Assembly (NCBI GenBank): GCA_030618475.1
Contig: JAUXDG010000001.1
Location: 1 to 33,135, forward strand
Length of the DNA: 33,135 bases
Reading direction: 5' to 3'
DNA from: Gammaproteobacteria bacterium
GTDB taxonomy: Bacteria > Pseudomonadota > Gammaproteobacteria > DSM-19610
Shown here: positions 9,318 through 18,017 of the stretch, piece by piece
Position numbering within the stretch: the stretch's first letter is position 1
Layout: every line of letters begins with the position of its first letter
Notes under the pieces: generated by a model
Databases searched by the model: none
Told to the model about the DNA's origin: nothing
What the model saw: only the letters and a program-made list of their open reading frames with translations
Made by a program: the position numbers and the translations under genes

Positions 9318-10457
9318 ATGCCCCACACCAAGGACGAATTGACCATCCAGGCGGTGAACAACCGGACCCGGCTCAAGGAGTTTATTCAGCTGCCGCAGGG
9401 ATTGTACCAGCAGGATCCTAACTGGGTTAATCCTTTATTTCTAGAGCAAAAAGAGCGCTTCAGCGATAAAAACCCGTTTTTTCAGCACGCCCGCTGGCAA
9501 GCCTGGATTGCCAGACGCGGACAACGTCCGGTCGGGCGAATCAGCGCACAGATCGATGAACTGCACCTGCAGCGCTACCAGGACCAGACCGGGCACTTCG
9601 GCTGCCTGGAGGCGGAAGACGATGCGGAGGTCTTCACGGCCTTGTTTGAGGCAGCCGAAAACTGGCTCAAAGCCGAAGGCATGCAGCGCGTCACCGGGCC
9701 GTTCAGCCTTTCCATCAATGAAGAGTGCGGGCTGCTGATAGACGGCTTCGACACCCCGCCACGCATCATGATGGGGCACGGACGCCCTTTTTATGGGCAA
9801 CAGGTCGAAGCCCGGGGCTACAGGAAAGCCAAGGATCTGCTCGCCTACCACTGCCCGCCTGATTACGACACGCCCAAAACGCTGGCTAAACTTGCTGAAA
9901 AAGCCGCCAACCAGGTGCGGATTCGCCACTTGAATCGCAAGGACATGAAGAATGAGTTGACAATATTACGCGATATTTTCAACGATGCCTGGTCGGAAAA
10001 CTGGGGTTTCGTACCTTTTACCGAAGCCGAATTCAACGAAGTCGGTAAAATCATGAGCCTGCTGCTTGACGACGACTTCGTTCAGATTGCAGAAGTCGAT
10101 GGCGAACCCGCGGCCATGCTTATCGTGCTGCCGAATATCAACGAATGCATTCATGATCTGAATGGCCGCCTGTTTCCCTTCGGTTGGCTGAAACTGCTCT
10201 GGCGCTTGAAAGTGCGGCACCCCAAATCGGCCCGGATCCCGCTCATGGGGGTCATCAAGAAGTACCAGCGCAGCCGACTGGGTCCGACACTGGCTTTTAT
10301 GGTGACCGATGCCGCCAAACAGCCCGTCATCCGCCGCGGCATCCAGGAGATGGAAATGTCCTGGATACTCGAGGATAACGCCGGTATGCGCAGCGTCATT
10401 GAAGCGCTGAGCGGTGCGGTCTACAAGACCTATCGACTGTATGAAAAGAACCTCTGA
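9318..10457 (+). CDS. GNAT-fold N-acyltransferase; probable bacterial ceramide synthase (bCerS-like)
   Basis: DPNWVNPL..KNPFFQHA, GRISAQID, GPFSLSINEECGLLIDGF..MMGH, FNDAWSENWGFVPFT, NGRLFPFGWLKL, LMGV, EMSWILEDN. ORF open from 9282. Ceramide synthase role inferred from family plus co-location with spt. Confidence 0.8.
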   Translation: MPHTKDELTIQAVNNRTRLKEFIQLPQGLYQQDPNWVNPLFLEQKERFSDKNPFFQHARWQAWIARRGQRPVGRISAQIDELHLQRYQDQTGHFGCLEAEDDAEVFTALFEAAENWLKAEGMQRVTGPFSLSINEECGLLIDGFDTPPRIMMGHGRPFYGQQVEARGYRKAKDLLAYHCPPDYDTPKTLAKLAEKAANQVRIRHLNRKDMKNELTILRDIFNDAWSENWGFVPFTEAEFNEVGKIMSLLLDDDFVQIAEVDGEPAAMLIVLPNINECIHDLNGRLFPFGWLKLLWRLKVRHPKSARIPLMGVIKKYQRSRLGPTLAFMVTDAAKQPVIRRGIQEMEMSWILEDNAGMRSVIEALSGAVYKTYRLYEKNL

Positions 10458-11256
10458 ATTCAAGCCTGGAACCCCATTTACCGCTGTTATCCTGGCCGCC
10501 GACAGGAACCCGGACGACCCGCTGGTACGGGCGTCCAACGCCTGCTGCAAGGCGCTGGTGGAAATCGACGGAACACCGATGCTGCAACGCGTGGTCTCGG
10601 CACTCCAGGAAAGCAAACATATTGAAGCCATCCTGCTTTCAGGACCGCCACGGGAGCAATTGGCGCACAACGAATTTCTCGAAAACGCCCTGAGCAAGCG
10701 GCGAATCAGCTGGCTGGCACCGCAGAACAGTCCCAGCAGCAGCGCCTATCAGGCCATGAAAAGCCTGCCGCAGCACAGCCCGGTGTTGGTCACCACGGCA
10801 GACCATCCGCTATTGACCGCTGAGATTATCGATTACTTTCTTTGCCACGCCCTGGAGACGGGCGCTGATGTCGCTGTTGGCGTAATAACCTACTCGGCAA
10901 TACAGGAAAAATTCCCCAATGCTAAAAAGACCGTCACGCGACTGAGGGATGGCGGTTACTGTGGTTGTAATCTGTTTGCTTTCCTGACCCCTCAGTCCCA
11001 CCGGGTGGCAGCCGCGTGGTGCAAGGTCGAGCAGCAACGTAAGAACCCCTTGCGGGTTATCAGCCAACTGGGGTGGTGGTCAGTGTTGCGTTACCTGCTG
11101 GGCCGCATGACACTGGACAAAGCACTGGCTGAACTCTCGCAGCGCCTGAAAGTCTCTATCAAGCCGGTTCATCTGCCGTTCCCGGAAGCCGCCATAGACG
11201 TCGATTCCATCGCTGATCAGAAACTGGTGGAAGCAATCACCGGCATCGACAAATGA
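10441..11256 (+). CDS. MobA-like NTP transferase (nucleotidyltransferase); resembles the CpgD-type enzyme of sphingolipid loci
   Basis: AVILAADR..DPL..KALVEIDGTPMLQRV, PVLVTTADHPLL, GCNLF, AAIDVD; ATG 10441 overlaps the end of the bCerS-like gene. Confidence 0.72.
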   Translation: MKRTSEFKPGTPFTAVILAADRNPDDPLVRASNACCKALVEIDGTPMLQRVVSALQESKHIEAILLSGPPREQLAHNEFLENALSKRRISWLAPQNSPSSSAYQAMKSLPQHSPVLVTTADHPLLTAEIIDYFLCHALETGADVAVGVITYSAIQEKFPNAKKTVTRLRDGGYCGCNLFAFLTPQSHRVAAAWCKVEQQRKNPLRVISQLGWWSVLRYLLGRMTLDKALAELSQRLKVSIKPVHLPFPEAAIDVDSIADQKLVEAITGIDK

Positions 11257-12218
11257 TGCTCGTGCTGCAGGGAAAACCTGTCCTGGTCCGGTTGATAACC
11301 CCGTACGCTGACCCGAACTGACCAGTGATCGTCTTCACGTCTGACCTTGTACAGGTAATATTGCGCGCGCCGCCCGGCCTGACGACCAATCGCCGACGCT
11401 GAAGGAATACCGAACACGGGTATTTTGCCTTGACCGTGCGGGATGCCGGCCTCGACGGCGCGATGGCTGTGCCCGTGTAAAACCAGTTCTGCGCCCTCAC
11501 GCTCCAGAATAGCGCAAAGCGCCTTGCCATCGGTTAGTCGTTTGCGCCATTTCTCATCTTCCTCCCGCGGTGGATGATGCAGTAATACAATGCGAAACAA
11601 ACCCTGTTCAGCCGCCTGCCGCAACAACATCGTTAAACGCTGCCTCTGTTGCAGACCGAGCGAACCGGTTGCCAGAAAGGGTGCCGAGGCACCGGCGCTG
11701 GACAGACCGATCAGAGCGACCCCGTTGCGGATGCGCAAACTTGGAAACAACTGTTCACTGGCCGTATCCGGAGTTTCTGCAAACTCAGGATCGGATTGCA
11801 TATAGGGCTGCCAGAGTGAAAACGTACTGGACCAGGGCGAGCGTACGTAAGCATCGTGATTACCCGGAACCACGGTCACACGATCCGTGGCCCCCAGACG
11901 ATCCAGCCACCGGCGCGCCTGGCGGAATTCGTCCGGCAGGCCGATATGCGTTAAATCCCCGGTAATGACGATATGTTCCGGCCGTGTCTGTGTCAGGTCA
12001 CGCAGCAAGGCCTCAAGCACTTCTCCGCGGTGTTCCGCGCGCCGCTTTTGGTGCCAGGACAGGTAACCCAGCATGCGCTTGTTCAGCAACTGCCGCCAAC
12101 GCACACGCTGCAGCGATGTCAGGTGCGGGTCCGAGAGCTGCGCAAAATACAGCCCGGCATGATCCGTGGCCTTCATCCCAGCCAATTTTTTCTCAATCAA
12201 ATTTGTTGATTTATCCAC
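11217..12218 (-). CDS. Metallophosphoesterase (calcineurin-like, Icc/CpdA-type)
   Basis: SDPH, ITGDLTH, PGNHDAY, LHHPP, LHGHSH motifs. Confidence 0.88.
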   Translation of the reverse strand: MDKSTNLIEKKLAGMKATDHAGLYFAQLSDPHLTSLQRVRWRQLLNKRMLGYLSWHQKRRAEHRGEVLEALLRDLTQTRPEHIVITGDLTHIGLPDEFRQARRWLDRLGATDRVTVVPGNHDAYVRSPWSSTFSLWQPYMQSDPEFAETPDTASEQLFPSLRIRNGVALIGLSSAGASAPFLATGSLGLQQRQRLTMLLRQAAEQGLFRIVLLHHPPREEDEKWRKRLTDGKALCAILEREGAELVLHGHSHRAVEAGIPHGQGKIPVFGIPSASAIGRQAGRRAQYYLYKVRREDDHWSVRVSVRGYQPDQDRFSLQHEHHLSMPVIASTSF

Positions 12219-12268
12219 ATTGTTTTAGGATGCTGGATGAAGCCCGTTAATAACCCTGCATCAGTCCG

Positions 12269-13258
12269 TTGAATGCCAGCCAGCCAGTAAACAAGCCCCC
12301 CACTATCGGCCTGATCAGTAATCCACACAGCCGTCGCAACCGCTCACAACTTGCGGCGGTAGAGGCTATTGTCGCAAATCACCCGAATATCCACCATCAC
12401 ATCACGCAAAGCGCCGATGAAATACCGCGCGTACTCCATGGTTTTGCGCAACAGGGCGTGGACGTACTGGCTGTCAACGGTGGAGACGGGACGACGGCAC
12501 AGGTATTCAGCGAACTTCTCGAACAACGTCCTTTTGCCAGATTGCCTTCGGTTATCCTGCTGCCGGGTGGAACCACCAATATGAATGTCGGCGACGTCGG
12601 CCTGCGGGGCAAGCTGATTACAGCTGTGCGCCGCATGGCCAACTGGGCCGAGCAAGGTTCGGACACTGTCGAACGCCTGACCCGCCCCATTCTTCGTACC
12701 GAAGGCTCCGTGGACGGGAGAATTGTCTGCGGCATGTTTTTTGGTACGGGGACTATTATTCGCGGCATTGAATACTACCACCACACTGTTCACAGCATGG
12801 GTATCACCGATGAACTCGGCCCGGGCGTTGTCACGCTGCGCACGATCTGGGGTATTGCCCGTAAAGAGCCCAGTTATTCCGACCCGACCCCGATCCGCAT
12901 CGAATTCGATTCGGCGGCAGACCCTCAAACCCGCCAAGTGGTGCTGCTTCTCATCAGTTCGCTGGAGCGATTGTTCCTGGGATTTCGCCCCTATTGGGGC
13001 GTTGAAAATGCACCCCTGCATTGCACCTGGGTGCAACGCCCCACACGCAAAGTGTTTCGCGCCTTTCATTCCGTGCTACGCGGCAGGCCCAACCGACATG
13101 CCGGACAGGAAAACGGTTATTTCAGTCATAATGCACGGGAGATCCGCCTGTGGATAGACGGGGCCTTTGCCGTCGATGGTGAAATTTATTATGCCAGTAA
13201 GGAACACGGCCCGGTCACCGTCAGCAACGGCGGTGATATCGAATTTGTTCGACTATGA
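12269..13258 (+). CDS. Diacylglycerol/sphingosine kinase family lipid kinase; probable ceramide kinase (CpgB-like)
   Basis: ISNPHS, VNGGDGT, LLPGGTTNM, C-terminal VDGE; TTG start; located in the sphingolipid cluster. Confidence 0.8.
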   Translation: MNASQPVNKPPTIGLISNPHSRRNRSQLAAVEAIVANHPNIHHHITQSADEIPRVLHGFAQQGVDVLAVNGGDGTTAQVFSELLEQRPFARLPSVILLPGGTTNMNVGDVGLRGKLITAVRRMANWAEQGSDTVERLTRPILRTEGSVDGRIVCGMFFGTGTIIRGIEYYHHTVHSMGITDELGPGVVTLRTIWGIARKEPSYSDPTPIRIEFDSAADPQTRQVVLLLISSLERLFLGFRPYWGVENAPLHCTWVQRPTRKVFRAFHSVLRGRPNRHAGQENGYFSHNAREIRLWIDGAFAVDGEIYYASKEHGPVTVSNGGDIEFVRL

Positions 13259-14217
13259 AAAAGGCGGCGGCACAGAAACAACTGGGTAGAACCCTTGGTG
13301 ACCTCACCCCGTCACCGCACCACCCGGCTCTCGCTCACCTGGTGGCATCTCTGAAAGACAGACACGGTGATTGCGTCAGCGCTGTGCTGTTTTATGGTTC
13401 CTGTCTGCGCAGCGGCGACCCCTACGACGGCCTCGTCGATCTGTACCTGATTGTCGATCATTACCGTTGTGCCAACACCGGCCTGGTCAAGGCTTTCTGG
13501 AACTGGCTGTTACCGCCGAACGTGTTTTATGCAGAATTTGCTCACAACGGACGGACAGTCCGCAGCAAATACGCCATAGTCTCGCTTGCCGACCTGAACA
13601 AGGGAACCTCGCAACGCTGGTTCCATTCCTACCTGTGGGGACGTTTCAGCCAGCCGACAGCTGTTGCCTGGTACCGTGATGACACTACCCGGGACATTAT
13701 CGAAAACGACCTGGCGCAATCAGTGGTGACTTTTCTGAACCGGGCGCTACCCGCTCTACCACCACAGGGCAGTGTTCAGTCACTGTGGAGCAATGGACTG
13801 CGACTGAGCTACGGCGCAGAACTCAGGGTGGAATCATCCGCGCGCACGCGTGAATTAACCGAAGCCAACACAGCCTATTACCAGCAGGTTAGCCGCCTCT
13901 CCGCTCCGCTGTTGAATTATCCCTGTGAAATTTCCGGGGCCCCTCCGACACAGGACTACCGGGCTGAGATCTCTTCAGTTCGACGCTATAGCAACCGGGT
14001 CGGTTGGAGAATCCGCGCCGTGCAGGGCAAACTCCTGTCGCTGGCACGATTGATAAAGGCGCTGTTTACCTTCGATGGTGGGCTGGACTATATCGCCTGG
14101 AAGCTGGAGCGCCACTCCGGCGTCCACATTGATATACCGGAAAAAGTGCGGCGTTACCCGCTGATTTTTATCTGGGGACTTTTCTGGGATCTGTACCGGC
14201 GTGGTATATTTCGATGA
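13255..14217 (+). CDS. Tam41/Mmp37-like nucleotidyltransferase (putative lipid-phosphate cytidylyltransferase)
   Basis: AVLFYGSCLR..LVDLYLIVD (GS..D.D-type NTase motif), KYAIVS..DL, SYLWGRFSQP, LSYGAELR parallel the Tam41 motifs as I recall them (YGSG..D, KYGV, LYLAGRLQKP, LSY.GD.R); ATGA overlap with the kinase stop. Confidence 0.6.
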   Translation: MKKAAAQKQLGRTLGDLTPSPHHPALAHLVASLKDRHGDCVSAVLFYGSCLRSGDPYDGLVDLYLIVDHYRCANTGLVKAFWNWLLPPNVFYAEFAHNGRTVRSKYAIVSLADLNKGTSQRWFHSYLWGRFSQPTAVAWYRDDTTRDIIENDLAQSVVTFLNRALPALPPQGSVQSLWSNGLRLSYGAELRVESSARTRELTEANTAYYQQVSRLSAPLLNYPCEISGAPPTQDYRAEISSVRRYSNRVGWRIRAVQGKLLSLARLIKALFTFDGGLDYIAWKLERHSGVHIDIPEKVRRYPLIFIWGLFWDLYRRGIFR

Positions 14218-14244
14218 CAGGCCGATTACAAATGGGACGATTCC

Positions 14245-15354
14245 ATGGCAATGCCCGCCCGACAGAGGTCAACGATGCCCCGTATCTGGCTGGTGACAGG
14301 CGATAAACTTGGCGACAACGCCCAGGTTGAAATGATCGCCAACAGCCTGGGTCTTGCCTACACAGTCAAGCACCTGTCCCCCAGGCAAAAATACATTCTG
14401 GGAAAACCGCGTTTCAAGGTATCGCTGGACCACCTGGACCCTGACAGCTCGGACGCTCTTTCACCGCCCTGGCCTGACCTGGTGATTACCGTCGGGCGCA
14501 GGCACGCCATGGCGGCACTCTGGATAAAGGCGCAGTCCCCGAAAACAAACATCGTCTTACTCGGCAGGCCACGGCGTTGGATCGACCGCTTCGACCTGAT
14601 TATCACACTACCCCAGTACGACTTACCGGACTTGCCACAGGTCATGCGCCTGTCCCTGCCGCTCATGAGAACGGATACAGAAGCCGTCTCCAGCTCAGCC
14701 AAAGCATGGGCGCAACGATTAGAGTTACTTCCCAGACCCATCATCGCCGTACTGATCGGCAGCGCCACCCGGCCATTCCACTTTAACGCCAAGGTAACAA
14801 ACGAGTTACTCACTCAGTGCAGGAAGCTGCAGTCAAGGTACGGCGGCACCTTGTATTTCTCAACCAGCCGCAGAACCTCAGCAGACATCGTCAGCACCCT
14901 CAATGCACAGTTGCCTGACGGTGCGCAGATCTATGAGTGGCAACAAGGCAACACTGACAACCCCTATCTCGCGCTGCTCGAACATGCGGATTATTTTGTC
15001 GTAACGGGTGACAGTGTCTCCATGATGATCGAAGTCGCCGACCGCGGTAAACCGCTGGCCATCTTCCAACTTCCCGCTAGCCGGCAGGGTTTGATCTGGC
15101 AGTCGTTCACCCGCCGGCTTCACGCTCAGCCTGATAACAGCACCTGCAACAGACCGTTCAGATGGATGGGCAGGCTGCTGTACCAATCCGGGCTGGCTGG
15201 GTTTACCCGTGATCTGACGCAGATTCACAAGACACTCATCGACGGCGGGTTCGCCGTTTATCTGGGGGACGCGTTCAACAAACCATCCCAGGCACTGCCC
15301 GATGAGCTGGGCCGGATACGGGAGAGAATCCTCGCACTACTCACCAACAGCTAG
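14245..15354 (+). CDS. ELM1/GtrOC1 family protein (putative GT-B transferase), paralog 1
   Basis: WLVTGDKLGDNAQ, PPWPDLVITVGRR, FDLIITLPQY, STSRRT, NPYLALL..ADYFVVTGDSVSMMIE..GKP. Confidence 0.82.
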   Translation: MAMPARQRSTMPRIWLVTGDKLGDNAQVEMIANSLGLAYTVKHLSPRQKYILGKPRFKVSLDHLDPDSSDALSPPWPDLVITVGRRHAMAALWIKAQSPKTNIVLLGRPRRWIDRFDLIITLPQYDLPDLPQVMRLSLPLMRTDTEAVSSSAKAWAQRLELLPRPIIAVLIGSATRPFHFNAKVTNELLTQCRKLQSRYGGTLYFSTSRRTSADIVSTLNAQLPDGAQIYEWQQGNTDNPYLALLEHADYFVVTGDSVSMMIEVADRGKPLAIFQLPASRQGLIWQSFTRRLHAQPDNSTCNRPFRWMGRLLYQSGLAGFTRDLTQIHKTLIDGGFAVYLGDAFNKPSQALPDELGRIRERILALLTNS

Positions 15355-15556
15355 TGCACCTCCGACCCGCCCCCAGCATTAGCGCTACAATGCCCCGCTT
15401 CAGGCTTTGGCGGGTCAGAAATGGAAGCCTTACTTCGCTTAATGTATTCTTAGCGCCCTAAATTCCGAACCCGCGGTTGGCGAACGCATTCAACCATCAT
15501 CACAACACTATAATAACAAAGGAAAATTCAGGATTCCCGACAACTCAATAGATACC

Positions 15557-16504
15557 GTGGTCGCTGTATGCATATGCACCTTCAGGCGCCCGGCGGGCCT
15601 CAGACGTTTATTGGCGTGCCTTGCCAGCCAGACGTTCAACGATATCCCTCAGCCGATAATTACAGTGATCGTTGCCGACAATGAAGGCAGCCTGGAAAAT
15701 CGACGGATATGCAGCGAATTCCAGGAATCTGCGTTCGAGTCCCTGACTTATGTTGCCGAGCAGCGGCAGGGTATCTCCTATGCACGCAATGCCTGTATAG
15801 ACAATCTGCCGGACGGAACAAGCTTTGTGGCAATGGTCGATGACGATGAATCACCGGATCCGGCATGGCTGAATCATTTACTGCTTGCACAGTCCAGAAG
15901 CGGCGCGGATGTGGTCGTCGGCCCGACCTTACCGGCATTCGAAGCGACCACAGCGAGCTGGGTTCAGGAAACCGGGTATTTCGCAAAACCGCAAAATCCG
16001 GACTCGTTTGAGGATCTGCAGGCGGATCCACCGGCGGCCACCTGCAATGTGCTGGTAAACGCGGAAATATTCTCCAGGCTGGGACTCCGCTTCGACCCGC
16101 TGCTGGCACTCAGCGGCGGAGAGGACAAACTGCTGTTCCAGGATATAAAGTTGCGTGGTTATAAATTCGTATGGGCCGCCCGGGCAAAGGTGACGGAATG
16201 GATACCACGGGATCGAGCCACCTTTGCATACATGTGGCGCGAGGAATATCGACGTGCGAGCGTCAGGCACTACGTAAAATCCAGACTGAAAGTATCAAGC
16301 CCACTCAAGCTGCTTGTTCTTATACCTAAATCTCTTGTGCGGTCTGTAAAGAACATAGCGGTAGGTTGTTACCGGGTTGCCGCCCAATTGCTAAGAAACA
16401 GTGCGAACCGCTCAAAGTTAGCGCTCGACGCCCTCGTCATCGCCGATGGATTCGGCTCAATTGCCGGTCTTCTTGGGCTGAGAAGCCGTCACTACCAGCG
16501 CTAG
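15557..16504 (+). CDS. Glycosyltransferase family 2 (ExoM-like)
   Basis: VCICTFRRP, VIVADNE, GISYARN, MVDDDE (DxD), FDP..ALSGGED. Confidence 0.88.
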   Translation: MVAVCICTFRRPAGLRRLLACLASQTFNDIPQPIITVIVADNEGSLENRRICSEFQESAFESLTYVAEQRQGISYARNACIDNLPDGTSFVAMVDDDESPDPAWLNHLLLAQSRSGADVVVGPTLPAFEATTASWVQETGYFAKPQNPDSFEDLQADPPAATCNVLVNAEIFSRLGLRFDPLLALSGGEDKLLFQDIKLRGYKFVWAARAKVTEWIPRDRATFAYMWREEYRRASVRHYVKSRLKVSSPLKLLVLIPKSLVRSVKNIAVGCYRVAAQLLRNSANRSKLALDALVIADGFGSIAGLLGLRSRHYQR

Positions 16505-16620
16505 GAATTTCAATGCCCTTATAAACAACCATCGTCATTATCTGGCTAACCATTTAACCATAAAACAGAAAACATCATAATACATAGGCAACAAAACACC
16601 GCGTTAGCGAACCAACATTC

Positions 16621-17853
16621 TTGATCGGGCGAAAAGGCATGTTTACATCTCGGCGAGTTTTTCCTGATGCCAAACTGGCAAGTCTTCCAAACTGGCTAAC
16701 GCTGAGCTATACGCTTTTCCTGGCAGGGTTCTTTTGCATCCCAAACGCAGTGGATTTGTACAAGTTTTATTTTGTGGCCTTATTGCTGCCGGGCATCTTT
16801 ATTGCCGGAAATACTCTATGGTTTCTGAGAAAAAGCGCTTTGCTACACGTCATGCTACTTTATGTTGGCTATATGGTTACGACCTCTCTATGGAGCACAG
16901 ATTTCTCGCCAGCCGAGTTCAAGAGAACCTTCTGGATTTCGACATCTATCATCATGTTCTCTCTGATAACGGTATATATACGGCATCACTACCCGAACAC
17001 CTATGACAGAATCCTGAAAACCACCTGTTTCCTCGCCACGATTGCGGCGATTACGTCAATGGTTGCGTGGTATTCGAAATATCCTTTTCCTGGGTCGCGC
17101 ATGAACGGGATAAGTTTAATGGACAACCCCAACTCCATTGCTTTCGCATATGGCTTCTTTACCCTTCTGAGTTTCCATTACGCGTTAAAGTCAGAGACTC
17201 TCCGTAGCCGATCCCTGTTTGTATCCATTTCCATTGTGCTTATGGTGTCCATACTTCTGACCCAAAGCAGGGCGGGGGCGTTGGCAACAGTGGCAGCGGT
17301 ATCTTTACTGTGCATTCACAAGTTGGGGCGCAAGTCGATCATTTCGATGATTACGATATTCGGCGCCCTGGCAACTGCTATTTACCTGGTTACGCCACCG
17401 GACCTGTTATCCCGACAAATAAACCGTGGGCTACCACACAGGCCTGCGATTTGGGAAACGGTTGCTGAACAAGTCAGTAACGCACCAATTTTTGGCAACG
17501 GCTTCCAAAAAGAGCTTTTGGTCGACGAACATGGGGGCGCGTCTATAGCAAACTATGCTCACAACGCCATGCTGGCGACAGCGCGCGATGGTGGATTGGT
17601 CGGACTTGCACTGCACATAGCGATTTTGATCGTGGCATTGCGGGGAGCGATTCAAACCGAAAATAGCAGCATGTCTTCGTTCTATCTGTCTGCACTCTTA
17701 TTTGGATTCATCATTATGAGTTTCGACAAAGATCAACTCATAGACCGTCCTAGGGAGTTATGGCTATTTTTCTGGCTTCCACTCGCGATGTTGCTGGCAG
17801 AAGATTTCGACACTGAGAGCCACGATTCCGGGCATCACAACCCGCATGGCTGA
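16621..17853 (+). CDS. O-antigen ligase (WaaL/Wzy_C) family membrane protein
   Basis: Many hydrophobic helices; NPN, LLTQSRAG, R.AIW, PIFGNG, YAHNAML..GGLVGL motifs. Start may be ATG 16639. Confidence 0.8.
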   Translation: MIGRKGMFTSRRVFPDAKLASLPNWLTLSYTLFLAGFFCIPNAVDLYKFYFVALLLPGIFIAGNTLWFLRKSALLHVMLLYVGYMVTTSLWSTDFSPAEFKRTFWISTSIIMFSLITVYIRHHYPNTYDRILKTTCFLATIAAITSMVAWYSKYPFPGSRMNGISLMDNPNSIAFAYGFFTLLSFHYALKSETLRSRSLFVSISIVLMVSILLTQSRAGALATVAAVSLLCIHKLGRKSIISMITIFGALATAIYLVTPPDLLSRQINRGLPHRPAIWETVAEQVSNAPIFGNGFQKELLVDEHGGASIANYAHNAMLATARDGGLVGLALHIAILIVALRGAIQTENSSMSSFYLSALLFGFIIMSFDKDQLIDRPRELWLFFWLPLAMLLAEDFDTESHDSGHHNPHG

Positions 17854-17862
17854 CAGCGAATC

Positions 17863-17949
17863 ATGTCGGCGGACACCGACCAGCTCATAACCCGGCCTGG
17901 AGAGTTATGGGTAATCTACTGGCTTCCACTTGCCATAGTACTTGCGCAA
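17863..17949 (+). pseudogene. Remnant 3' end of a second WaaL-like gene
   Basis: MSADTDQLITRPGELWVIYWLPLAIVLAQ aligns without gaps to the ligase segment MSFDKDQLIDRPRELWLFFWLPLAMLLAE (17716-17802), 19/29 identical residues by hand count. Confidence 0.75.
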
Positions 17950-18017
17950 CACGTGATGCAGATACAAAAGCCAACTCACGATAAACGCAATAAGCTAAAC
18001 CGTCAGAGCGAAGCCGC

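Noticed and set aside
15364-15416. GACCCGCC / GGCGGGTC inverted repeat after ELM1-1 as a terminator
   Set aside because: Long loop and no U-tract; not a convincing intrinsic terminator.
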